64,000 bases of DNA from an uncultured Acidobacteriota bacterium (GTDB taxonomy: Bacteria > Actinomycetota > Acidimicrobiia > Spongiisociales > ZC4RG35). The position numbers and the translations under genes are program-made. Under the pieces are notes generated by a model that had not been told where the DNA came from, did no database searches, and was given only the letters and a program-made list of their open reading frames with translations. The stretch lies in assembly GCA_963749415.1 (NCBI GenBank), contig CAVVMG010000001.1:1575581-1639580 (forward strand), read 5' to 3'. Below are positions 46,298 to 56,752 of the stretch, piece after piece. Every line of letters starts with the position of its first letter. The first letter of the stretch is position 1.

Positions 46298-46346
46298 GCG
46301 CTGGAGGTGACGACAGCGGGGGAGGGCTGACAGCCTGAGGAGACTG

Positions 46347-49176
46347 ATGCCCAACCCCAGAGAGCGATTCGCCGACCGTCACATCGGCCCCAGCCCCGAA
46401 GCGGTCGAGAAGATGCTGGCCACCGTCGGTGCCCCTTCGCTCGACGCCCTCGTTGCCGAGACGATTCCCGCCGCCATCCGCGCCGTTTCCGGGATCGAGC
46501 TGCCGGGCGCGGTCTCCGAGGTCGAACTGGTGGCCGAGCTTCGGTCGATCGCCGTGCGCAACGTGGTGATCCCCTCGTTGATCGGAGTCGGCTACCACGA
46601 CACGATCACTCCGCCCGTGATCCAGCGCAACGTGCTGGAGAGCCCTGCCTGGTACACCGCGTACACCCCGTATCAGCCCGAGATATCTCAAGGCCGGCTC
46701 GAGGCCCTCCTCAACTTCCAGACGATGGTGGCCGACCTCACCGGTCTCGACGTAGCCAATGCATCCCTGCTCGACGAGGCAACGGCTGCCGCCGAGGCGA
46801 TGGCGATGTGCCGCCGACTCGGCAAGTCAGGGCGCGGGGTGTTCTACGTCCATGATGACTGCCATCTGCCCACCATCGAAGTGGTGCGCACCAGGGCGAA
46901 GGCGGTCGGCATCGAGGTGAGGATGCTGTCCGAGGGGGTCGAGCCTGGGCTCGGCATTCGGTGCCCTCATCCAGTACCCGGGCTCGTCGGGCGCCGTGGG
47001 CGACCATCGTGAGATCGTTGCTGAACTGCATGCTGATGGCGCGCTGGTTGCCGTGGCCACCGACCTGCTCGCTCTGACTCTCCTCGCCCCACCGGGCGAG
47101 TGGGGAGCAGACATCGCGGTCGGATCCGCTCAGCGTTTCGGGGTCCCGCTCGGCTACGGGGGGCCCCATGCCGGGTTCATCGCCACCCGTGAGAGCATGG
47201 TTCGCGCTCTGCCCGGCCGCCTCGTCGGGGTCTCCACCGACCCTGCGGGCAGGGCCGCATATCGCTTGGCGCTGCAAACCCGTGAGCAACACATTCGCCG
47301 GGAGAAGGCGACCTCCAACGTCTGCACCGCCCAAGTGCTCCTGGCGGTGATTGCCGGGCTCTATGCCTGCTGGCACGGCCCGGAGGGCCTTCGGGACATC
47401 GCGGTCGAGGTCCATGAGCTCACCTCGAAGCTGGCATCCAGCCTGCGACGTTCGGGGCACCGTTTGGAGAACGACTCTTGGTTCGACACGGTGACCGTGC
47501 TCACCCCGGAAGGAGCGGACGAAGTGTTGGCTGCGGCGCTCAACCAGGGCGTGAACCTGGGCCGGGTCGATGATTCCCGGGTGCGGGTGGCCCTGGACGA
47601 GACCACGACACCCGAGGTCCTGGCATCGGTCCTCGCTGCGTTCGGCGTCGGCGAGCTCGACGAAGACCCGCCGTCGGGGATCCCGCCCCGGGCGAACAGA
47701 CAGTCGGAGTTCCTGACTCACCCGGTGTTCAGCAGCTACCACTCGGAGCACGAGATGCTCCGATATCTGAGGCGGCTCGCCGACCGTGACCTGGCGTTGG
47801 ACCGGTCGATGATCCCTCTCGGCTCGTGCACGATGAAGCTGAACGCCACCACCGAGATGATCCCGATCACCTGGCCGGAGTTCAGCAGGATCCACCCCTA
47901 TGCCCCGCCGGATCAGGCGGCCGGCTATCGAGAGCTGCTCGACCGGCTCGAGGGTCAGCTGTGTGCGCTGACCGGGTACGACGTCGTCTCGCTACAGCCC
48001 AATGCGGGGTCGCAGGGCGAGCTCGCCGGGCTGCTGGCGATCCGCGCCTATCACCAGGATCGTGGGGAGGGGCAGCGGGATGTGTGCCTGATCCCGGCGT
48101 CGGCTCATGGGACGAATGCAGCTTCTGCCGTCATGGCCGGGATGAATGTGGCGGTGGTGGCCACCGATCCCGAGGGAAACGTCGACCTGGTGGATCTGGA
48201 CGCCAAGCTGGCTCTGCACGGAGATCACCTCGCGGCCTTGATGATCACCTACCCCTCGACTCATGGCGTGTTCGAGGAGGGAATCCTCGACATCACCTCG
48301 CGAGTTCATGACCACGGTGGGCAGGTCTACGTGGACGGGGCCAACCTCAACGCGATGGTGGGTCTGGCGAGACCTGTCGATCTCGGGGCCGACATCGGGC
48401 ATCTCAACCTCCACAAGACTTTCACTATCCCCCATGGCGGAGGCGGGCCTGGCGTCGGCCCGGTCGGAGCCCGGGCCCATCTCGCACCCTTCCTGCCCAA
48501 CCACCCTCTCGACCCTGCTGCAGGGCCGTCCGGTGGCATCGGCCCGGTCGCGGGGGCGCCATATGGCTCCGCCGGGATCCTCCCCATCCCATACGCATTC
48601 ATCAGGTTGATGGGCGACGAGGGGCTGCGCCAGGCATCGAAGGTCGCCATCCTCTCGGCGAACTACGTGGCCCGTCGCCTCGACCCCTACTTCCCCGTGC
48701 TCTACAGCGGCTCCAACGGCCGGGTCGCCCATGAGTGCATAGTCGATGTCCGGCCCATGGCCAAGAGCGCCGGGATCGACGCAGAGGACATCGCCAAGCG
48801 CCTCGCCGACTACGGGTTCCACGCCCCGACGCTCTCGTTCCCGGTCGTCGGCACCCTCATGATCGAGCCAACCGAGTCCGAGAGCCTGGCCGAACTGGAC
48901 AGGTTCTGCGACGCGATGATCTCGATCGCCGAGGAAGTGGGGAAAGTGGAGAGCGGAGAGTGGCCCCGAGCCGACAACCCCCTGGTCAACGCGCCTCACA
49001 CTGCGGAGGCCGTGGCCGCCGACACCTGGGATCACCCGTACAGCCGCTCGGTTGCCGGATTTCCCACCCGGAGTCTCGGCGGGGACAAGTACTGGCCGCC
49101 GGTGGGCCGGGTCGACGGTCCCGGAGGGGATCGGAATCTCACGTGCAGCTGCCCGCCGCTCGAAGCCTACGAGTGA
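46347..49176 (+). CDS. gcvP: Glycine dehydrogenase (P protein), apparent +1 frameshift near 46950
   Basis: [69 protein letters not shown]. Confidence 0.95.
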
Positions 49177-49260
49177 ATCTCCCCTTGACTTTCCCCGGCG
49201 TGATGGGATCGTGAAACGCTGCACGGGCGCAGGCTGGGGCGAGAAAAAGACGGTGATGCG

Positions 49261-50560
49261 GTGAGATTCACCGGACAGGTCAGGGTTCCCGAAGTCGATC
49301 ACCCCGGCGTGCCTGCCATCTTCTTGGTCGAAGATGGCCAGGCCGAGGTGCTTCTCGACGGCGAATCCCTTGGTAGGTGGTCGCTGTTCGACGTGCATGC
49401 CTCACGTCTGGTTTCGTCCGCCTTCTCGGTGTCACTCGACGGCGAGGAGATCACCTTCATCGCCGATGAGCCGGTCGACTTCGCCTACAAAGGCGTCGAC
49501 CACATGGCCGAGGCATGGGCCCGCTACAAGGCGATGACCATTCCTCGCCGCATGGTGGCGGTGGGCCGGTCCCGTCGCGGAACGAGGACTTCTCGAATCC
49601 CCGAGTTGCGAGACGCGATGCTCGCCAATCTCGAGGTCTACGCCGCAACGGTCGTCGACGATCCTGACGGAGTCGAGGAGCTCGAAGTCGTCGAGCGTCC
49701 GATCCGATTCACCCCGCGTCCTGAGAGCCGGATCGTCGAGGCGAGCGCGCCGGCCGCCGGGCCCGAAATCGCGACCGAAGCGTCCGAAGACGCCGCAGAG
49801 TCGGGTGAGGACGACGCCCCCTCCCTGACCGCGTCATTGCGTCCCGGCCCCGGCCTGGTCTCACGTCGGATACCGGTGGAATCGGTGCCCGAGCTCGATC
49901 CCATCGAGGCGTTCCAACCCGAGCCCGATCCGGTTCCGGTTGCCGAGTTGGTGTCGGAGCCGGAGCCGGTACCCATTGTCCAGGTGGAGGAAATCGCGCC
50001 GGAGACTTTCGCGGTCGTCGAGCCCGAGCCGGTCGCCCCGGTGGAGATGGAGCCGGAGCCGGAGCAGGTGCCGGTTGCCGAGTCGGAGTCGGAGCCGGAG
50101 CCGGAGCTCGGAGCCGGAGTTGGAGCCGGAGTCGGAGCCGGCACCGGTCGCCGAGGAAGACGGGGAGTCGGTCGAAGTGGCGGCCGAGGAGATCCCGGAA
50201 TCGCCAGATCCCGAGCCGCCTGCCGCCGAGGAGCCCGTTCCCGTCTCTGCCCCCGGCCCAGGACCCGATCTGGCCCCTCCCCGGCGACTCGTGGTCGACC
50301 TCGATGCTTATGAGCATGTCGACAGCGTCGCCGCCTCCACTACGACACTGGAGCCCAGAGAGCCGGCCCTGGCAGCCACTACCGCCGCCGTAGCCGACAA
50401 ATCGGGCCTCCTCGGGGCGGTACGCGCCGCCTTCGTCCGGAACAAGGGAGCTCACTCGCACGAGTTCGTCGAGGCTCCTGGCGGGATCGGAATCATCCGT
50501 CACATCTGCAACGAGTGCGGATACATATCGATCGGTGTCAACGACACCGAAGTCGACTGA
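49261..50560 (+). CDS. Hypothetical protein with Pro/Glu-rich linker and C-terminal HxH...CxxC motif; frameshift near 50107
   Basis: Globular N-terminus, EPEP repeats, tail HSHEF...HICNECGY in the second frame. Confidence 0.55.
50050..50140. repeat. GAG(C/T)(C/T)G hexamer repeat encoding Glu-Pro/Ser
   Basis: Runs of gagccg/gagtcg; one 7-nt unit (gagctcg) shifts the frame. Confidence 0.75.
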
Positions 50561-50561
50561 C

Positions 50562-51350
50562 TCAGTTCGAGCTGCGAAGGCCCCCACCGGCTCGGGGCTC
50601 CCAGGAGAACGACCGTATCGCGACGACGATCCCGACCGCGAGCCAGATCCCCATGGTCAGGATGGCCTGCCAGGGAAACGGGGCATCCAAGGTCGGGTTG
50701 AAGATGTCCACCATCGAGCTGGCGAACGGCTGAAGGGGGAACAGCCGGGCAATTGTCTCCAACCATTCCGGTGCATTTTCCATCGGGAAGAAGATGCCGG
50801 AGATGAACGCCAGCGGGAGTATGAACGCGTTCGCGATCGCCGGTGCCGATCGAGCGTTGGGTGTAAGCCCAGCCACCGCCAGCCCCAACGCGGAGAAGGT
50901 GGCTGCGCCGAGTGCCATGAGGAAGACGACCAGAGGGAGGTCGCCCCAAGGCATTTCCACGCCGAAGGCGAGGACCCCGATCGCCAGCATGATCACCACC
51001 GAGATCAGCCCGATGAGGACCGCCGAGAGCAACCTTCCCGCGAGATGAGCGGGCATCGGGATCGGGGTGGAGAGCACCCGCTTCAACACGCCGGTGTCCC
51101 GGGCGTTCGCAGTGTTGATCGCCAGATTGGTGAAGGTCGCGGTGACCATCCCGAAGACTGCAATCCCCGGTGTCGTGAACTGGGCCACCGAGATACCTCC
51201 CATCGACTCGATGGTTGCTCCCGAGTTGAGGAGATTGATCAGGACCAGGAAGAAGAGCGGGAACGCCAGCGTGAAGAATGCGGCAATCGGTGTCCTGAAG
51301 AAGATCTTGGTCTGGACTCCCGTCTCCGACCGCACCAACGAAGCCGGCAT
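50562..51350 (-). CDS. ABC-2 type exporter permease
   Basis: FFTLAFPL, RDTGVLKR..STP, FISGIFFP...P.WL. Confidence 0.88.
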   Translation of the reverse strand: MPASLVRSETGVQTKIFFRTPIAAFFTLAFPLFFLVLINLLNSGATIESMGGISVAQFTTPGIAVFGMVTATFTNLAINTANARDTGVLKRVLSTPIPMPAHLAGRLLSAVLIGLISVVIMLAIGVLAFGVEMPWGDLPLVVFLMALGAATFSALGLAVAGLTPNARSAPAIANAFILPLAFISGIFFPMENAPEWLETIARLFPLQPFASSMVDIFNPTLDAPFPWQAILTMGIWLAVGIVVAIRSFSWEPRAGGGLRSSN

Positions 51351-51361
51351 CGCCACTCCGA

Positions 51362-51770
51362 TCACCAAACCCGGGTGGCGGTCGGTGTGATCCGGATCGG
51401 GACCGAGTATTTGGCGCTGAATTCCTCGACGGTGCTCGAGAGCTCGTCTTCGATCTTGACCCGATACCTGGCCAGGTATTCGGGATGCTCGAGCGCGGAT
51501 GGCGCCGTGAGGTCGATTGCTGCCGAGCCCTGGATGATGGTCACCTCTTCCCGCCCTCGACCCATCGCATCGAGGTTCAGAGCTACCGTAGGGGTTGTTG
51601 GCGATGTTGCCCAGCTTCGGTCTGTTGGGCTGTGAGTAGATCAGAAAGGTGTCTCCATCCCACCAGAACCAGACAAGCGAGGGTTGGGGCTCGCAATCGG
51701 GCGTCACCGTCGTCAGCCAGATCAAATCGGTCGCGCCGAGGCGCTCTTCAACCCGAGGTTTCAGCTTCAT
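51362..51770 (-). CDS. PPOX-class F420-dependent oxidoreductase, frameshifted near 51590
   Basis: IWLTTV...PQPSLVWFWWDG, KLGNIANNP; the C-terminus YLARY...FSAKYSVPIRITPT is in another frame. Confidence 0.75.
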
Positions 51771-52653
51771 GGTTTCCGATCAACTCCAAGTAGGCGTCTT
51801 CGAGAGATGGTCGCAGGACCTGCAGGGCATCGAGCTCGATCCCCGCGTCGAGCGCAGCTCCGGTCAGCCGGTTGAGGTCTCTGGTGGGGGCTTCGCTCAT
51901 GACCGTCACCAGGCCGTCGGGCCCGGTGTTGACGCCAAGCTTCACCGCGTCGGTCGGATCGGGGAGCCGAAAGCGGATTGTGGCCGCCGCCGTCATCCGA
52001 TTCCCCAGGGTGTCGGGCGGCCCTTCGGCGACGACCTGCCCCGAACTGATCACGACCACTCTGTCTGCCAACACCTGCGCCTCCTCCAGATAGTGGGTTG
52101 TGAGGAGGACGGTTGTCCCCGCTTCGGCCATGCCTTTGATCAAGGCCCACGCATCACGGCGCGCTGCCGGGTCGAACCCTGTCGTCGGCTCGTCGAGAAA
52201 CAGCAACTCTGGGTTGCCGGTGAGGGCGAGGGCCAGGTCGAGGCGCCGCTTCTGTCCCCCGGACAGCCTCTTGACCCGCTCGTCGGCTTTCTCCGTCAGC
52301 CCGACGGTCGCTATCAGCTCGTTGCTGTCTCTCGGGCTCAGGTAGGCAGGCCGGAGGGCCTCGATCGACTCACGCACTGTCAGCTCGTCTTCGAGCCCCG
52401 CTTCCTGGAGGACAATCCCGATTCGCTGCTTGAGCGCAAGGCCCGACTTCATCGGATCCTCCCCGAGCACTTCGACGGTCCCGCTATCGGGACGGCGATA
52501 CCCCTCGAGGATCTCGACCGCGGTCGTCTTTCCCGCCCCGTTGGGGCCGAGGAGTGCCAGTACCTCGCCGGTCGCCACTTCGAGATCGAAGCCGCGCAGG
52601 GCCTCGACTGGCCCGTACGACTTGGTGAGGCCCCTGGCCCTGACTGCGCTCAT
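51748..52653 (-). CDS. ABC exporter ATP-binding protein
   Basis: GPNGAGKTT, LSGGQKRR, FLDEPTTG, TTHYLEEA. Start trimmed to MSAVRA. Confidence 0.92.
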   Translation of the reverse strand: MSAVRARGLTKSYGPVEALRGFDLEVATGEVLALLGPNGAGKTTAVEILEGYRRPDSGTVEVLGEDPMKSGLALKQRIGIVLQEAGLEDELTVRESIEALRPAYLSPRDSNELIATVGLTEKADERVKRLSGGQKRRLDLALALTGNPELLFLDEPTTGFDPAARRDAWALIKGMAEAGTTVLLTTHYLEEAQVLADRVVVISSGQVVAEGPPDTLGNRMTAAATIRFRLPDPTDAVKLGVNTGPDGLVTVMSEAPTRDLNRLTGAALDAGIELDALQVLRPSLEDAYLELIGNHEAETSG

Positions 52654-52722
52654 CGCCTGCCGGCAAATTAGCGACGCCGGGGGCGACCCATGGGCGACAG
52701 CCGGCCCGGGTACCCTCGCCCG

Positions 52723-53766
52723 GTGCCATCCCCAGTTCGACCGGTCATTCTCTCCGGAGGCTCGGGCACCCGGCTCTGGCCCTTGTCGACCCGTGACAAT
52801 CCCAAGCAGTTCCTGGATCTTCTGGGGCACAGCCTGTTCGAAGCCACCCTGTTGCGAGCGGGCAGCCTCGACGGAGCGGCACCGGCGCTGATCGCAACCG
52901 GAATCGATCACCTGGATGCGGTGGATCGCGCCGTCGATGCGGCGGGGGTCGAGGTGCGCGCCATCCTCGTGGAGCCGTCGGGGCGCAACACGGCGCCGGC
53001 GGTGATCGCAGCCGCGCTGGTTGCCGATCCGGAGGACGTCCTGGTGGTGATGCCCGCCGATCACGTCGTCACCGAAGGAGAGCGCTTTGGCGCGGCGGTA
53101 GAGGCTGCGGTTGAGATCGCACGAACCGGATCGATCGTCCTGTTCGGTGTGCAACCGAGCCGCCCGGAGACCGGTTACGGCTACATCGAGATCGGAGCCG
53201 CGGCGGGGGGTGGGTATCGGGTGGCCCGGTTCAAGGAGAAGCCAGCGCCGGCTCTCGCTGAGGAGTACCTGTCCGACGGGAGGCATCTCTGGAACTCCGG
53301 GATGTTCGTGTTCTCGGCGCGTGTGATCCTCGAGGAGTGCTCGGCGGTCGAGCCCGACCTCGTGGCGTCGGTGCGTCGTGCCCTGCCCCCGGACCCGGGC
53401 ACCCGGGTGGAGCTGGGCCCGGATTTCCTCGAGGCACCGTCGATCTCCATCGACTATGCGGTCATCGAGCGGACCGAGAGGGCCGTGGTCGTGCCGGTCG
53501 ACATCGGCTGGAGCGATGTCGGATCCTGGCAGGCGGTCTGGGAGGTGAGCACTCACGACCCGGACGGCAATGCTGTCGCCGGCGATGTGCTGATCGACGA
53601 TGTGACCGGCTCATATGTCCGGTCGACGTCGCGCCTGGTTGCGGTCCTCGGTGTCGACGATCTCGTGGTCATCGAAACCGGCGATGCGGTGTTGGTGGTG
53701 CCCCGGGAGAAGTCGCAACGAGTCCGTGAGATCGTCGAGAGGCTCGAAGCCGGCGGCCCGGATTGA
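52723..53766 (+). CDS. manC: Mannose-1-phosphate guanylyltransferase
   Basis: ILSGGSGTRLWPLS..PKQF, EPSGRNTAPA, PADH, TGYGYI, FKEKP, WNSGMF, SIDYAV, WSDVGSW. Confidence 0.92.
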   Translation: MPSPVRPVILSGGSGTRLWPLSTRDNPKQFLDLLGHSLFEATLLRAGSLDGAAPALIATGIDHLDAVDRAVDAAGVEVRAILVEPSGRNTAPAVIAAALVADPEDVLVVMPADHVVTEGERFGAAVEAAVEIARTGSIVLFGVQPSRPETGYGYIEIGAAAGGGYRVARFKEKPAPALAEEYLSDGRHLWNSGMFVFSARVILEECSAVEPDLVASVRRALPPDPGTRVELGPDFLEAPSISIDYAVIERTERAVVVPVDIGWSDVGSWQAVWEVSTHDPDGNAVAGDVLIDDVTGSYVRSTSRLVAVLGVDDLVVIETGDAVLVVPREKSQRVREIVERLEAGGPD

Positions 53767-53799
53767 GTCGCATCGACGCCGGCCCATAGCATCCGCTGC

Positions 53800-54105
53800 A
53801 TGAAGCGGCCGCTCATCACATTGCTGATCGTTGCGATGCTTCCGTCATGCGTCGGCCGGCCTCCGCAGGATGCAACCGGGGAGGAGATCTACCTACAGCT
53901 CTGCGCGAACTGCCACGGGGAGGAGATGGAGGGAGGGCTGGGGCCTGCTCTGGGGCCGGGGACGAATGCGGCAGGGCAATCCCACGAGTTCCTGGTCGCG
54001 ACCATCACCCAGGGCCGGGGTCGGATGCCCTCGTTCTCCACGACCCTCACCGACGACCAGGTAGATCTCCTTGTCGACTTCCTGAGAGAGGTTCAGAGCG
54101 GATGA
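53800..54105 (+). CDS. Monoheme cytochrome c lipoprotein
   Basis: LPSC lipobox, CANCH, GRGRMPSF. Confidence 0.88.
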   Translation: MKRPLITLLIVAMLPSCVGRPPQDATGEEIYLQLCANCHGEEMEGGLGPALGPGTNAAGQSHEFLVATITQGRGRMPSFSTTLTDDQVDLLVDFLREVQSG

Positions 54106-55061
54106 GTGCCCTGCTCGAAGCGCTCGAGTTGCACCCGTTCCGGATCCCGATGCGTCATCGCTTCCGGCGGGTCGATCACAGGGAAGGGGTTCTCATCCGG
54201 GGGCCGGAGGGCTGGGGGGAGTTCTCGCCTTTCCCCGACTATCCGCCCGAGGTGACCACACGATGGCTCGCAGCCGCGCTCGAGGCGGCTTGCGGTGCCT
54301 TGCCCAAGCCGGGCCGGGAACAGATACCGGTGAACGTCACCGTCCCTGCGGTATCGCCTGACGTGGCCACCGGGCTGGTCCTGGAGTCCGGCGCCTCGAC
54401 GGCCAAGGTCAAGGTAGGGGAGGCTGGCCAGCCGCCACACGAGGACGAGGCCCGGTTGGGTGCGGTCCGGGACGCACTCGGCCCCGGAGGCAAGATCCGG
54501 ATCGACGTCAATGCAGCCTGGGATCTGGACACTGCAACGGAGCGGCTCAACTCGTTATCCAGGTTCGACCTCGAGTACGCGGAGCAGCCGGTGGCCAGTC
54601 TGGAGGAGATGGTCGAGCTCAAACGTCGCACCGGCGTCAGGCTGGCCGCCGACGAATTGGTGCGGCTCCGGCCGGACCCGCTCGAAGTTGCCGAGATCGG
54701 CGCCGCCGACGTCCTCGTGCTCAAGGTCCAACCTCTGGGAGGCGTCAACCGCGCCCTGGACATCGCGGCCAGGGCGGGAATCCCGGTCGTGGTCTCCTCG
54801 GCATTGGAGACCTCCGTTGGCATCTATTGCGGTCTCCTGGTGGCATCCCTGCTCCCTGAGTTGCCGTATGCATGCGGCTTGGGCACCGTTGCCCTGATCG
54901 AGGGTGATCCCACCCTTGATCCGCTGGTCTCCCTCGACGGGATGCTCGAAGTCAGGCGACCGGAGCCTCATCCCGATCTCCTGGCTCGCTGGCGCCCGGA
55001 CCGGGATCAGGCCGCTGAGATGCTGCGTAAAGTCAGGTCGGCGGCAGAGGTGTTGACTTGA
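54102..55061 (+). CDS. menC: o-succinylbenzoate synthase
   Basis: GWGEFSPF, AKVKV, RIDVN, EQP, ADE, KVQPLGG, SSALET, CGLGT; ATGA overlap. Confidence 0.9.
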   Translation: MSALLEALELHPFRIPMRHRFRRVDHREGVLIRGPEGWGEFSPFPDYPPEVTTRWLAAALEAACGALPKPGREQIPVNVTVPAVSPDVATGLVLESGASTAKVKVGEAGQPPHEDEARLGAVRDALGPGGKIRIDVNAAWDLDTATERLNSLSRFDLEYAEQPVASLEEMVELKRRTGVRLAADELVRLRPDPLEVAEIGAADVLVLKVQPLGGVNRALDIAARAGIPVVVSSALETSVGIYCGLLVASLLPELPYACGLGTVALIEGDPTLDPLVSLDGMLEVRRPEPHPDLLARWRPDRDQAAEMLRKVRSAAEVLT

Positions 55062-56752
55062 GCCAACCAAACCCGAGCACTGCTCTGGCGCGATCTCTGG
55101 TCGACGAGTTGACGCGTCACGGCGTGTCGTTCGCAGCAGTGTCCCCGGGCTCACGGTCAGCCGCCCTCTCTATCGCATTCCACGAGCATCCGGCTGTGGA
55201 CACCAGGGTGGTTCTGGACGAGAGGTCCGCTGCCTTCTGGGCGCTGGGGAGGGCCATGGCGACCCGCAAGCCAGCTGTCGTTGTCTCCACGTCGGGCACC
55301 GCGGTCGCCAACCACCTTCCGGCAGTGATCGAGGCCGACCTCTCGGCGGTCCCGCTCATCGTGATCTCGGCAGACCGGCCCCCGGAATCGCTTCATGTCG
55401 GGGCGAACCAGACCATCGACCAGGTGGGGATCTTCGGGGACCGCGTCCGCTGGGCCTGCAACATCGGCCCCGCCGAGGCCGGGCTCGATGGCGATCGATA
55501 CTGGCGAAGCACCATCTCCCAGGCGGCGGCCAGGGCACTCGGCCACGGCCACCGTCCGGGGCCGGTCCACCTCAATGTGGCGTTCAGGGAGCCGACCGTC
55601 CCCGTGACCGACGACGGGAGGTCGAGCGGAGATGTGTACCCGCACTCGATCGAGGGCCGAGCCGATGGCCGCCCGTGGCAGGAGCATGCCTCTGCAACAC
55701 CTGCCGGCGCCCACCTGGATGCTCCATCCGACCCAAACGGGGTCGTGATTGCCGGCGAGGGCGAATACGACCGGGAGGTGCTGGTCGCCGCAGCCGAGAG
55801 CCTCGGCTGGCCGGTGCTGGCGACCGCCCAAGCCGGCCTCAGAGGGCACGAAGTGATCACCACCTATCACCATCTCCTCGTATCTGGCGTTCCCGAATGG
55901 CTGCGACCGGGGATGGTGGTGTCAGCGGGGAGGGTCGGTCCCAGCGACCGGCTCGGAGACTTGTCCTCAGCGGATTGCCCGCAAGTATCCATTGATCGGT
56001 GGGGCTCCTGGCACGACCCGCGCAGAGATGGAACGCACATGGTCCAGGCCGAGCCATCGATCACCCTCGCCGGCCTCTCGGGGCGGGTGAGTGCCGATCC
56101 CGACTGGAGACCGCGTTGGATTGCAGCCGACCGGGCGATGCGCTCGGCGCTCGACGAGGAGGTCGGCGTCGGTGAGGAGCCGAGCGGGCCGGCGGTGGCC
56201 CGTGCCCTCTCCGGGGCGAATTGGGGAGCGCTGGTTGCTGCATCATCGATGCCGATACGCGACGTGGATGCCCACACCGTTCGTTCCGGGCCGGTCCTTT
56301 CCAACCGCGGGGCGTCGGGGATCGACGGCCTGATGTCGACCGGCCTCGGGGTGGCGTCCGCATTGCCCCGGACCGTGGTCCTCGCCGGTGATCTCTCGAT
56401 GCTCCATGACGGCAATGGCCTGATCGCCGATCGGCTGGGAGACGTGGTATTCGTGGTGGTCGACAACGACGGGGGTGGCCTCTTCGACCTGCTGCCCACG
56501 GCGGTGCATGCGCCTGAGTTCGAGCGGCTGTTTGTTGCCCCTCACGGGCTCGACCTGGTGCGTCTCGCGGCTGACCACGGCTTGCCGGCGTCCGCCGCCG
56601 GCCCGGTTGCCGGCCTCGCTGCCGAGTTGGACTTCCGCCTCGACGACGGCGGCGCCCACGCGCTGGTGGTGACTGTCGATCGGGAGCGGGATCTCAAGCT
56701 GCGTCGCAGCCTCGATGAGGTGGCGCGGACCGTGGTCGCCGAGCTCAGCTGA
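55058..56752 (+). CDS. menD: SEPHCHC synthase
   Basis: SPGSRS, DERSAAF, TSGTA, ADRP, ANQTIDQ, SMPIRD, NRGASGIDG, GDLS...DNDGGGLF. Confidence 0.93.
   Translation: MSQPNPSTALARSLVDELTRHGVSFAAVSPGSRSAALSIAFHEHPAVDTRVVLDERSAAFWALGRAMATRKPAVVVSTSGTAVANHLPAVIEADLSAVPLIVISADRPPESLHVGANQTIDQVGIFGDRVRWACNIGPAEAGLDGDRYWRSTISQAAARALGHGHRPGPVHLNVAFREPTVPVTDDGRSSGDVYPHSIEGRADGRPWQEHASATPAGAHLDAPSDPNGVVIAGEGEYDREVLVAAAESLGWPVLATAQAGLRGHEVITTYHHLLVSGVPEWLRPGMVVSAGRVGPSDRLGDLSSADCPQVSIDRWGSWHDPRRDGTHMVQAEPSITLAGLSGRVSADPDWRPRWIAADRAMRSALDEEVGVGEEPSGPAVARALSGANWGALVAASSMPIRDVDAHTVRSGPVLSNRGASGIDGLMSTGLGVASALPRTVVLAGDLSMLHDGNGLIADRLGDVVFVVVDNDGGGLFDLLPTAVHAPEFERLFVAPHGLDLVRLAADHGLPASAAGPVAGLAAELDFRLDDGGAHALVVTVDRERDLKLRRSLDEVARTVVAELS

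Noticed and set aside
44893-49176. Programmed ribosomal frameshifting in ychF and gcvP
   Set aside because: No slippery heptamers at the breaks, no precedent known to me for these genes, and many similar indels across the window.
50562-51770. Apparent PPOX/F420 enzyme-ABC permease fusion (402 aa)
   Set aside because: The PPOX C-terminus and its own stop lie in another frame (51362-51565) and the permease has its own start at 51350, so the fusion is a frameshift artefact.
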